A stretch of DNA of 64,000 nucleotides from Candidatus Latescibacterota bacterium (GTDB lineage: Bacteria > Latescibacterota > UBA2968 > GCA-2709665): assembly GCA_965219455.1 (NCBI GenBank), contig OZ244744.1, positions 2,720,001-2,784,000 of the forward strand, read 5' to 3'. A program made the position numbers and the translations under genes. Positions within the stretch are counted from its first letter, which is position 1; each line of letters opens with the position of its first letter. Below, piece by piece: positions 1 to 8,492 of this stretch. Under the pieces are notes generated by a model. That model searched no databases. It saw only the letters and a program-made list of their open reading frames with translations, and was not told the origin of the DNA.

Positions 1-221
1 TGGGTATTCCGGAACCAGACCACCAAGCTCTGCGCAATGAGTTCCGGGACCGCTTTGTCGGGTTAGCTCTGGAAGCATTGAGGAGGAAGAGAATTTCGCG
101 TGCCGAACTTATCGATTTAGTAGGCATGTTGGACCTGGATGCCTGCGAAGTGGACCAGGCTGTTTCCGACCTGCAACTCGACGACGACGGTAGTACCGAC
201 GATTACGCACGTTGGACATAG
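1..221 (+). CDS. 3' end of probable XRE-HTH / ImmA-IrrE metallopeptidase fusion (truncated by window edge)
   Basis: Frame 3 is open from base 3 to TAG 219-221: GIPEPDHQALRNEFRDRFVGLALEALRRKRISRAELIDLVGML...; the RF.GLALEALRR..ISR.EL pattern resembles C-termini of ImmA/IrrE-family proteins; HEXXH not visible. Confidence 0.5.
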   Translation, partial: GIPEPDHQALRNEFRDRFVGLALEALRRKRISRAELIDLVGMLDLDACEVDQAVSDLQLDDDGSTDDYARWT

Positions 222-349
222 TGGATTATCGTCCAGACATCAAACTGAAATCTAACGTGCGAGCGAGACGCGATTTTCAGCTGGGTATATTGTCAATAAG
301 CGCACCTAAAACGGACATATCAAACACGAATCTTGTAGGAGATCTTGAA

Positions 350-1489
350 ATGCATACAATGACCTTTTTCCCGTTGGGAAACGCCGATTGCTGCCGGATT
401 GAACTGTCGTGTGACCGCATTATCCTTATTGATTTCGCGGCAACCAAAGACGAAAATGACGACTATGACCTTAGGTGTAACCTTCCGGAACTTCTCAAGG
501 ACGGCTTGAAGAAGAAGAATCGTGATTATTTCGATGTGGTAGCGTTCAGCCATCTGGATAAAGATCACTTCAAGGGGGCCTCCGACTTCTTCTACCTTGA
601 ACATGCGAGGAAGTACCAAGTCGGAGAACGTATAAAGATGAACGTAATGTGGGTACCTGCTGCGTTTATCACGGAGGTGGGTCCAGACGACGACGAAGCG
701 CGCGTCTTGCAGAGGGAGGCCCGACACAGATTCCGTCAGAGTAAGGGGATCCGCGTCTTTTCCCGGCCCGAACGGTTGAAGAAGTGGTGCGAAAAAAACG
801 ACATCAAGCTTGAAGACCGGCTTCACTTGATAACCGATGCGGGAAAGACCGCGCCGGAGTTTTCCCTGAGAAAACATCAGATCGAGTTTTTCGCTCACTC
901 TCCATTTGCGATCCGTCAGAACGAAAACACTGTCGAGGACCGCAACGAGGACTCGCTTGTGCTGCATGCAACTTTCCGTGTCGCAGGCGTACATACCAAA
1001 GCGCTGATGCTGGCTGATTCCACCCATGAAGTGCTTTCACAGATCGTAGACATCACCGAGTCCAAGGGTAACGAAAAATACCTTGAGTGGGATATCGTGA
1101 AGATTCCCCACCACTGCAGCTATCTTTCCATAGGATCCGAAAAGGGGACAAACAAAACCACGCCCGTTTCTCAGGTGGCGCGGCTATACGAAAAAGAGGG
1201 ACAGCATGGGGCGATCGCTGTGTCAACAAGCAAGCCAATTCCCCACGCAGGTAGCGACGACGACAAGGACTCGCAGCCACCCCACCGACAGGCCGCGAAT
1301 TATTACAAGGACGTCACGCGTGCCCTCAATGGCCAATTCGTCGTAACGATGGAACATCCATCGAGTAACTCTCCTAAGCCGTTGGTGATTGAAATCGGAC
1401 AAAGCAAAGCGACACTGAAAAAGAGTGTAGCGAGCACGGGAATAATCGCTACATCAGGTCGTGCAACGAGGGCAGGTTGGCAACGATGA
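350..1489 (+). CDS. MBL-fold metallo-hydrolase (ComEC/Rec2-like) with flexible C-terminal tail; first gene of ubiquitin-like operon
   Basis: ATG 350 after AGGAG (337-341); motifs FFPLGNADC, IDF, SHLDKDH, NEDS, ADS, KIPHHCS; ends ...TSGRATRAGWQR. Confidence 0.85.
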   Translation: MHTMTFFPLGNADCCRIELSCDRIILIDFAATKDENDDYDLRCNLPELLKDGLKKKNRDYFDVVAFSHLDKDHFKGASDFFYLEHARKYQVGERIKMNVMWVPAAFITEVGPDDDEARVLQREARHRFRQSKGIRVFSRPERLKKWCEKNDIKLEDRLHLITDAGKTAPEFSLRKHQIEFFAHSPFAIRQNENTVEDRNEDSLVLHATFRVAGVHTKALMLADSTHEVLSQIVDITESKGNEKYLEWDIVKIPHHCSYLSIGSEKGTNKTTPVSQVARLYEKEGQHGAIAVSTSKPIPHAGSDDDKDSQPPHRQAANYYKDVTRALNGQFVVTMEHPSSNSPKPLVIEIGQSKATLKKSVASTGIIATSGRATRAGWQR

Positions 1490-3729
1490 GTTATTTCGAT
1501 GTCTCAGGGGACCAGGTACGGCCAGACGCCCTTGAGATCCCAAAGGCCGAAGATCTTGCGCTCAGTCTGTCGGCTGAGCGCATTGATTTCGCCCGGTTCG
1601 TCGAATGTCGCCGGCAGGATGAAATTGAGGTCGTGGTGTTCGACGTCGATGTCGAAATCGCACAAGTGCAGCGTCATCCGATCAAGGCAAGAGAACGTAT
1701 TTCCGCGGCATTTACTCGAAATGACGAAAACGTACCTGTCGTCCACGCCCTACGGAAGGACTTCCCGCGAGTGCCGCATCTCAACCTGCATCGGCAAGAG
1801 TACCCACGCAACCTCTGTATATATGCTGAACCATATGAGGAGATTAAACGCCGCTGGACATCACCGAGATTCGTACATGAAATCCGGCAATGGCTCGCGT
1901 TAACCAGCAAGGGGAAACTCCACCAGGACGACCAACCCCTTGAACCCCTTCTTGTGGATTTCCACGGGCACATTGTCCTTCCTTCTACCCAACAATTGGA
2001 GGAGCACCTACCAACCCCGCTAGTCGTAGCGCCGGTGAAATCGGACTATAGTAAAGGCCTTTTTCTGATCGCACTAACAGGTGAACCGCAGGAAGGACCG
2101 CCGTCGCTACTTGCTAGTGTACATCGTTGCGAACCTCAGACACATGGGGTTATTCATCAAATTCCGTCGACACTTGCGGACCTTGCTGCCATCACGAAAG
2201 ACGCTAAGTTCGACCTCATTTCTGACCTTCAGCAACGACTGGAGACTTGGCGTGACCAAGGCAGGCCGGTACTCGACTCCTGTCTTCTCCTCGTTCTTTT
2301 ATTTCCCAAAAAACGGGATGAAACAGACGTGATCGAAACAGTCGATAGTTGGGCGTTTTTCCTGTTGGACACTGAAGGAGACAAGGTTGGTGAGGGACTG
2401 GAAATTCGACGACTCGGCACCGAGATCGGCCTTTGGGATCTTCAGGACAATCACGTTGGTTTTCTCATGCAACCCGACACATCGAAAAACGGTCGAAATG
2501 TCGGAGTCGCAGTGCTGAATGTGGTTCGTCACTTCGATCGCTCAATGGCAGCAAGGCTAAATGGTGAGAACGAGGTGGGGGATGTTCGTGTTGTTGCAAT
2601 CGGGATGGGCGCACTGGGTTCACATGTCGCAATCAATCTTGCGAGAACAGGGTTTGGAACTTGGACACTGATCGATCACGACATACTATTGCCGCATAAT
2701 TTGGCGCGGCATGCCCTCGACGGTAGTTTTGTGGGCTGGAACAAGGCAGATGGCGTTGCACGCTTAGCGAATACGATAGTTTTCCGTTCCGATATGTTCA
2801 GCTCACTTCCAGTAAACGTACTTTCACCTGGACGGCAAACTCAAGAATTATCCAATTCGCTGGCTGAGGCCAATGTGATACTGGACATGTCGGCATCTGT
2901 TGGAGTTTCACGGATGCTTGCGCACGAATGCAATGGCACGGCCCGCAGGATCTCGTTGTTCCTTTCCCCGTCTGGGCAGGATCTCGTTCTACTCGCTGAA
3001 GATAAGCAACGAAACAGCACCCTGGATTCTCTTGAAATGCAGTACTACAGGGCCATCCTAAACGACCCTAGCTTGACCGGGCATATGATTAGGCCACCTA
3101 GCCGGTATCGCTATGCCCAATCCTGTCGCGATATCACAAGCCAACTGCCACAGCAAATGGTAGTGAGCCATGCGAGCACGGGAGGACGAGCGGTTCGTGA
3201 CGCTGTTCGGTGTAATAAAGCACAAATAACGATCTGGCGGACAAACGAAAACGGTGTCGCAAAACGCGTCACAGTTTCCGCCGCTCCAGTTGTGCGGAAA
3301 ACTACGGACAACTGGGCAATTATCACTGACAGGGAATTGATTGAAACCCTGGCGAGTTTGCGTAAATCTAAACTTCCAAATGAGACTGGAGGCGTTCTCC
3401 TGGGTTCTTTCGATATGGAGAGAAGAATCGTCTACATCGTCGATGTGTTGCCTTCACCACCCGATAGCGAAGAGTGGCCCACATTGTATATCCGCGGATG
3501 TGAGGGTCTTCGGAAGAAAATCACAGAAATTGAAAAGAAAGTGGACGGGATGATTGAGTACGTCGGAGAATGGCATTCTCATCCAGATGGCGCTGGCACG
3601 TCTCCCAGCGAGGATGATGGAAACGTACTCGCGTGGTTGCGGAAATTGAGACAAGCAGACGGTTACCCTGCCACGATGGCAATTGTCGCAGAATCAGGCA
3701 ACGTGGGATTTTATGTAGAGCAAATATAA
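1486..3729 (+). CDS. Prokaryotic E2 + ThiF/E1 + JAB (JAMM) triple fusion
   Basis: ATGA overlap with upstream stop; E2-like FPRVPHLN...RNLCIY; E1 nucleotide loop IGMGALGS and IDHDILLPHNLARH, candidate catalytic Cys in QSCRD; JAB motifs ETGGVLLG and GEWHSHP...PSEDD. Confidence 0.92.
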   Translation: MSYFDVSGDQVRPDALEIPKAEDLALSLSAERIDFARFVECRRQDEIEVVVFDVDVEIAQVQRHPIKARERISAAFTRNDENVPVVHALRKDFPRVPHLNLHRQEYPRNLCIYAEPYEEIKRRWTSPRFVHEIRQWLALTSKGKLHQDDQPLEPLLVDFHGHIVLPSTQQLEEHLPTPLVVAPVKSDYSKGLFLIALTGEPQEGPPSLLASVHRCEPQTHGVIHQIPSTLADLAAITKDAKFDLISDLQQRLETWRDQGRPVLDSCLLLVLLFPKKRDETDVIETVDSWAFFLLDTEGDKVGEGLEIRRLGTEIGLWDLQDNHVGFLMQPDTSKNGRNVGVAVLNVVRHFDRSMAARLNGENEVGDVRVVAIGMGALGSHVAINLARTGFGTWTLIDHDILLPHNLARHALDGSFVGWNKADGVARLANTIVFRSDMFSSLPVNVLSPGRQTQELSNSLAEANVILDMSASVGVSRMLAHECNGTARRISLFLSPSGQDLVLLAEDKQRNSTLDSLEMQYYRAILNDPSLTGHMIRPPSRYRYAQSCRDITSQLPQQMVVSHASTGGRAVRDAVRCNKAQITIWRTNENGVAKRVTVSAAPVVRKTTDNWAIITDRELIETLASLRKSKLPNETGGVLLGSFDMERRIVYIVDVLPSPPDSEEWPTLYIRGCEGLRKKITEIEKKVDGMIEYVGEWHSHPDGAGTSPSEDDGNVLAWLRKLRQADGYPATMAIVAESGNVGFYVEQI

Positions 3730-3757
3730 AGAAACCCTTCAAGACAAGGACAACAGA

Positions 3758-4459
3758 ATGAAAAACTGGTTTCCCTTCACCGATTATGACTTCTATGCCT
3801 ACTTGTCATCGGGTATGATTGTCCTGTTCGCCCTCGACTACGGCATCAACGACGGCGCCGTAATGTTTAGGAATAGTTGGCCTTTTGTTCAGGTCGTTTT
3901 CTTAATAGCAACGGCGTACATCGTTGGGCACATAATCGCCGGATTCGCGTCGGTTCTCCTCGAACAATGGTTGGGTCGCAGATTCTTGCGTTCTCCTGTT
4001 TCTGTGATGATGGATATGGGTGCCTCCCGATTTCGTGAGAGGGTCATTAGGTGTTTCTTCGCTGTGCGGTATTACGAGCCGCAATCTGAACATATCCGAT
4101 CAAAAATTCTGCAGAATGTAGCCGAAAGGTTAGGAAAGGAACCTGAGAGGATCGACAACCCCGAGGAAGTGTTTCAAGTCGCGTTTCCCGTAGCGCGAGC
4201 AGTTCCGGACGCCGCCGCACGTTTAGATGAATTTCGTAGGATGTACGGATTCTCAAGGAATGTCGCATTGTCGGGAGTGGTGGGGGCAGGCGCTTTGGTT
4301 TACAAGGCTGCGACGTCTAATGAGGTTACGCTATATTTGTGGGCGGCAGTTGTCGCCATTCTCTCAATCTGCATGTTTGGCCGCTTCGTGAAATTCTATG
4401 CCGCCTTTGGTTCTGAGGTATTGCGAACATATGCTTCAAAAGCCGAGGAGAAGAGCTAA
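3758..4459 (+). CDS. Membrane protein with about four TM segments, putative effector
   Basis: Two hydrophobic helices near the N-terminus, a soluble middle and two near the C-terminus; stop overlaps next start (TAATG). Confidence 0.75.
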   Translation: MKNWFPFTDYDFYAYLSSGMIVLFALDYGINDGAVMFRNSWPFVQVVFLIATAYIVGHIIAGFASVLLEQWLGRRFLRSPVSVMMDMGASRFRERVIRCFFAVRYYEPQSEHIRSKILQNVAERLGKEPERIDNPEEVFQVAFPVARAVPDAAARLDEFRRMYGFSRNVALSGVVGAGALVYKAATSNEVTLYLWAAVVAILSICMFGRFVKFYAAFGSEVLRTYASKAEEKS

Positions 4460-5289
4460 TGAAGGTTGAAATCTTCGACGTTGAACATGGTGGTTGTGCG
4501 TTGATAACGGCCGACTCAGGCGCACGTATGCTTATCGATTGTGGTTCGAACTCATCAACCGGTTGGAGACCATCTCTTCATCTGCCGAGAAATGGGGTAG
4601 AAAACGTCGAAATGTTCGTGGTGACGAATTATGACGATGACCATGTGAACGACTTGCCAAACCTGCGGCGAGTTTCTGGTGGCCGCAGAACGGTAAATCT
4701 CAAGGCGCTTCTTAGGAACAGGACAATCTCGCCAGCGGCGCTCGTACGAATGAAAACGGATGGAGGTATGGGTCCTGGCATTCGGGAGCTCTTGGCGATG
4801 TTCAAGGAATATACAGGAGGGCCTCTTAAGGCTGACTGGGGGTCGCTGGAATACATTGTATTCTATAATTCCTATCCCGGTGACTTTAAGGACACGAACA
4901 ACCTCAGTCTCGTTATCTTTCTTCATTGCCACAATATGCATCTGGTGTTTCCGGGAGATTTGGAAAAGGCAGGATGGGAGAAGCTACTTGGAAACCCGGA
5001 ATTCGTTAAGGAACTAAAGACCGTGAATATCTTTGTTGCATCACACCATGGTCGCGAGAGTGGATGTTGTGAAGGAGTGTTTGAAATTCTTGGTGTAAAA
5101 CCATACGTTGTGATTTTTTCCGACGCAGGAATGCAATACGAAAGCCAGCGTACGGCGGACTGGTATCGTTCTCGAACCTACGGAATGAACTACAATGGGA
5201 AGAAGCGGCACGTTTTCACGACACGCCGTGACGGGAAAATCACTATCCAGGCGACACCGCGCCAAACGACAATTAGTACTGCTCGTTGA
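4459..5289 (+). CDS. ComEC/Rec2-like MBL-fold hydrolase with atypical metal motif
   Basis: FDVEHGGC, IDCG, TNYDDDH (replaces HxHxDH), NNLS, FPGDLE, SHHGR, TTRRDG. Confidence 0.85.
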   Translation: MKVEIFDVEHGGCALITADSGARMLIDCGSNSSTGWRPSLHLPRNGVENVEMFVVTNYDDDHVNDLPNLRRVSGGRRTVNLKALLRNRTISPAALVRMKTDGGMGPGIRELLAMFKEYTGGPLKADWGSLEYIVFYNSYPGDFKDTNNLSLVIFLHCHNMHLVFPGDLEKAGWEKLLGNPEFVKELKTVNIFVASHHGRESGCCEGVFEILGVKPYVVIFSDAGMQYESQRTADWYRSRTYGMNYNGKKRHVFTTRRDGKITIQATPRQTTISTAR

Positions 5290-5474
5290 CCTGTCACACT
5301 GTGTGAATCAAACTTAAGAAAATCCCTGCCAATAAAGGTCTTTCACAGCCCGCCCAACGCTCCTCTCCAATGGTCCTTGCATATCTACGCGGAATCGGCC
5401 GGATTCGTGGTACCCTCGGGATTTCCCTTTATTTTTCACCGAACGGTTGATAGCAGGCTTGGTTCACGATCGCA

Positions 5475-6884
5475 TCAAACGGCCTCCCGCACGTCGATCT
5501 TTCCTGTCACCGCCGCGGATATGAGGGCTTGTCGGAGTTCCTTCAGGCGGTCGATAGCTTCTCGGACCTTCTCGACAAGAGCATCGATTTTGGCCGTCTC
5601 ACGGTCAAGGAAAGCGGCTATGGCGCGTTGTTCGGGAAGTGGTGGAAGCGCAAATACCCCCACACGAATAGAATCGCCAGTAAGCCCAAAACGTGTGATA
5701 CCGTTAGCTGCAATATGATACTGATCTCGCGGTCCGATTGCGGAAAATAATCTTCCAATGAACCCGCCGTAAGAATGAGCGTCAGGCTTGATGTGAGCCA
5801 AATGGTAACCGCACAAAACGCCAATAAGGTCTTCAGAGACTACCGATGGAACAGCAATGTCTGCCCAGGTCTCAGAATCCTTTGTTATTAAAACGTCCCC
5901 TGCCCGAAGGGAAAAACGACGCACCTGCTCCGACGTCGCAGTCGCAGGCATAAAATCAACGCGTTTGTCTATTAGTTCGTTGTAATACACGTCGACGTAA
6001 TTGCAAAGTCGGATATTATCTTCACGTTCCTTAGACTTCTTGTCCACATTGCTGAGTTGGACAGTGGCAAAGAATTTCAGTCGCTTAACCTCCCAATGCG
6101 CCGGAATCTCGCCGAGCCACTCGATACCCGAGTCCTGCATAGGCACGTCGGTATCGAGGCCTGCCTGCGCCGCAGCGTCGGCAGGCAGGCTCCGCGTGAC
6201 GGTGTGGCTGATGAGCGCGGCGCGCTTCTCCTGCAGCAACTCGATCAGCCGCTCCTTTTTCGCGACGAGGGCGTCGATCCTGGCCGTCTCGCGGTCAAGG
6301 AAAGCGGCAATGGCGCATTGTTCGGGGAGAGAAGGAACGGAGATTCTGAGGCTAGCGTAGCGTTCTGCACTCACATTTTGGATCGTTGCTTGAATGAAAG
6401 TGCTTTGAAGCCAGTCAGTGTAGCCCTGAGATTGCGTAAAGTATTCAACAAAGTTTGACAAGGCTTGAATATTGTCAAGACGCGCTCGAATCAGATACCC
6501 AGCATATGCTGCCTTGCCCCAACTGGGGTGGTACCGAAAAGTCTTTCCTACGGTTGCCCCGCTACGCGCGAATAAAATGTCGCCAGCGACAAGAAGATAG
6601 GGTTTTGCGATGTTCTCGGGAAGCGACCTGAAACTATCGTCCCTCAATGTTCCGTCTTCTCGAATGTCCGTGATTCGAATATAGCGCGGAAGATTGTTTT
6701 CAGTGTGTTCAGCGGGCTCGTTGGCACCATACTTCAAGGGTTCAGCCAGGAGATGTTTAAGGCGCTTTACCTCCCAATGCGCCGGAATTCGCCCAAGCCA
6801 CTCGACGCCGGAGTCCTTGTAGTCCGGGTACGGACTAATTCCATCATTAACGAAGTTCTGAACGTCAGACTGCCGGTGATTCAC
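5475..6884 (-). CDS. hsdS: Type I restriction-modification specificity subunit
   Basis: Duplicated conserved regions DSG(V/I)EWLG.IPAHWEVKRLK and PEQ.AIAAFLDRETA.IDALV, C-terminal ALISAAVTGKIDVR; GTG 6884 after GGAGG. Confidence 0.93.
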   Translation of the reverse strand: MNHRQSDVQNFVNDGISPYPDYKDSGVEWLGRIPAHWEVKRLKHLLAEPLKYGANEPAEHTENNLPRYIRITDIREDGTLRDDSFRSLPENIAKPYLLVAGDILFARSGATVGKTFRYHPSWGKAAYAGYLIRARLDNIQALSNFVEYFTQSQGYTDWLQSTFIQATIQNVSAERYASLRISVPSLPEQCAIAAFLDRETARIDALVAKKERLIELLQEKRAALISHTVTRSLPADAAAQAGLDTDVPMQDSGIEWLGEIPAHWEVKRLKFFATVQLSNVDKKSKEREDNIRLCNYVDVYYNELIDKRVDFMPATATSEQVRRFSLRAGDVLITKDSETWADIAVPSVVSEDLIGVLCGYHLAHIKPDAHSYGGFIGRLFSAIGPRDQYHIAANGITRFGLTGDSIRVGVFALPPLPEQRAIAAFLDRETAKIDALVEKVREAIDRLKELRQALISAAVTGKIDVREAV

Positions 6885-7004
6885 ATAGCCTCCGTGTACC
6901 TGGCTAAAACCTCTAACATCGTCTTGGTGCCCAAACGCCCGCTGCCAGATCATCGACCATCGTTTGCCCGTTCCACCGCGTCACAAAAGACCCTGAAAAA
7001 CCGT

Positions 7005-7300
7005 TCAATCCACCTCGTCTCGCAGAATCTTTCGAATTTGATCGACAGGCAGGAATTTCTCCTCGCACGATTGGAAAAGATAAAGTGCTGGAGCTTCGTC
7101 CAGGTTGCGGAGGAGCGCAGCCGCCCTTTTTGGCCATTCCTCTTTATTGGTATCGCCAATCAACGCCCGGAACACCAGGTCTGTTGTCTTAAGCGTTCTG
7201 GAATCGACAGGAATATCTTCGATCCAAACAATGGAAGCGGCGTTTTCCCAGATCTTGTTAATTCTGACGGACCGAGCGACGTATGTGACTGAAGATCTGC
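7005..7300 (-). pseudogene. Start-less protein-like reading frame (gene remnant)
   Basis: ...INKIWENAASIVWIEDIPVDSRTLKTTDLVFRALIGDTNKEEWPKRAAALLRNLDEAPALYLFQSCEEKFLPVDQIRKILRDEVD* with TGA at 7007-7005 and an in-frame stop just upstream. Confidence 0.35.
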
Positions 7301-7400
7301 GCCCTTATCGCCGATATACGTACGTTAGATTCTTACAGTAAGGCTTCTACGCAAGATGCGTACATGTTTAATCATGCTGCTTGCATACGGTAAGGTGTTG

Positions 7401-7493
7401 AAATCCCCCCACCGCATCAGCCGTCGCCGGCCCTTCGACAAGCTCAGGGGACGGGCTCGGCTTCTGCGACTCCCCCTCAAGGGGGGAGTGATT
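7401..7493. repeat. Composite REP-like palindromic element
   Basis: CTTCGACAAGCTCAG at 7433-7447 (related copies at 45428 and 45460) and hairpin ACTCCCCCTCAAGGGGGGAGT at 7469-7489. Confidence 0.55.
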
Positions 7494-7654
7494 GAACCTT
7501 CAAACGGGCTCGCCCGATAATTGCCACCTGTTTGGTTGCGGCTGAGCATGGCGAAGCCGCGCTTGGCCTATAGATCAAACAAGCCATTTGTCTCGTCGCG
7601 TTCGAATGCAGAAAGGTGGAGTTGCCGGTTTCGAGTTGAGCGACCCGCCCGGTG

Positions 7655-7996
7655 CTATCCGTCGAATTCGTACAAGAGGTTGTCACCGGACACGCCCGCG
7701 ATTCGAAGGTCGACCTTGCCCGGACCGGGTCCGTATAACTGCTGATAGCGCGTCCTGACCAGGGCGAGGTCGAAGACATGGGACTCGGTCAGCCATGCCT
7801 CGCAGAGATCGCCGTTCGCATTATGGGCGAGCACGGCCGGAAGCTGCACCGGATCCGACTCTCTGAACGATTTCGAGATTACCAGCGTGAAGTCGTGTCT
7901 CCGGCAGCCGGTCGCGGCGAGCACGGCGAGCAGTAGCGCGACCGAGGCCGCGCCCCTCTCGGCGGAAACCAGGGAACCGGCGGATCCGGATGTCAT
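7655..7996 (-). CDS. Small putative lipoprotein, possibly internally deleted
   Basis: ATG 7996 after GGAGGG; hydrophobic stretch ending LAATGC followed directly by RRHDFTLVISKSFRESDPVQL...HNANGDLCEA. Confidence 0.5.
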   Translation of the reverse strand: MTSGSAGSLVSAERGAASVALLLAVLAATGCRRHDFTLVISKSFRESDPVQLPAVLAHNANGDLCEAWLTESHVFDLALVRTRYQQLYGPGPGKVDLRIAGVSGDNLLYEFDG

Positions 7997-8179
7997 TGAT
8001 CCCTCCAGCGTTGGATTTCGAGTTGTCCCGCAAGACCGCAAAAGCAATATAGCACCGATTCGGCGCTTCAAGGCCGCCGATCGGGCCAGCCGGGCAGCTT
8101 TGTCCCGGTTGGCTGGCGCTTCACTTGAAGATATCGTATTCTTGCTGTGGTTCGTCAGGTAGAGAGACCAGAAAGACAA

Positions 8180-8215
8180 CAAATGTCGGCACTTAATAGT
8201 AACTGCCGACATTTG
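8180..8215. promoter_or_regulatory. Palindrome, second copy of the putative AbiEi operator
   Basis: CAAATGTCGGCACTTA-ATAG-TAACTGCCGACATTTG; 8181-8214 matches 10034-10067 at 29 of 34 positions. Confidence 0.55.
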
Positions 8216-8492
8216 ATGCTGATTGCCGATCCAATATATAATGAAGTTCGACATTTCAACATCGTTAAATTTATCGCCCGATCATCGTCTGTATTTTCTA
8301 CGAGTAAGCTGGCGCTTGGCCGTCCACGTACGCCCCACATTCCAAATCGAACGAACGCCTGCGGCGGACAATGATCAGGTAGGTACTTTGGACATTCGCG
8401 AATTTAGACAGATGAACCGTACCAAGGGGCCAACCCGCGGAGAGCCCAGTTCCAGCCGTGCACGGAGCGTACTCGGCTTTCATCAGAAAGGC

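Noticed and set aside
212-349. N-terminal 46 aa of the ORF-track 425-aa protein
   Set aside because: The TTG start overlaps the upstream gene end; ATG 350 has an AGGAG RBS and begins the MBL fold
350-5289. Type II CBASS
   Set aside because: E1/E2/JAB domains are present but no CD-NTase motif and no SAVED, patatin or other cyclic-nucleotide effector is visible; an MBL occupies that position
5475-6884. Internal repeats in hsdS as a shufflon or invertible system
   Set aside because: They are the normal duplicated conserved regions of one HsdS; no recombinase or silent hsdS copies are seen
6885-7380. RAYT transposase remnant (IWQRAF resembles the RAYT WQ motif)
   Set aside because: No HUH motif or downstream Y...NP motif in the minus-strand frames I translated
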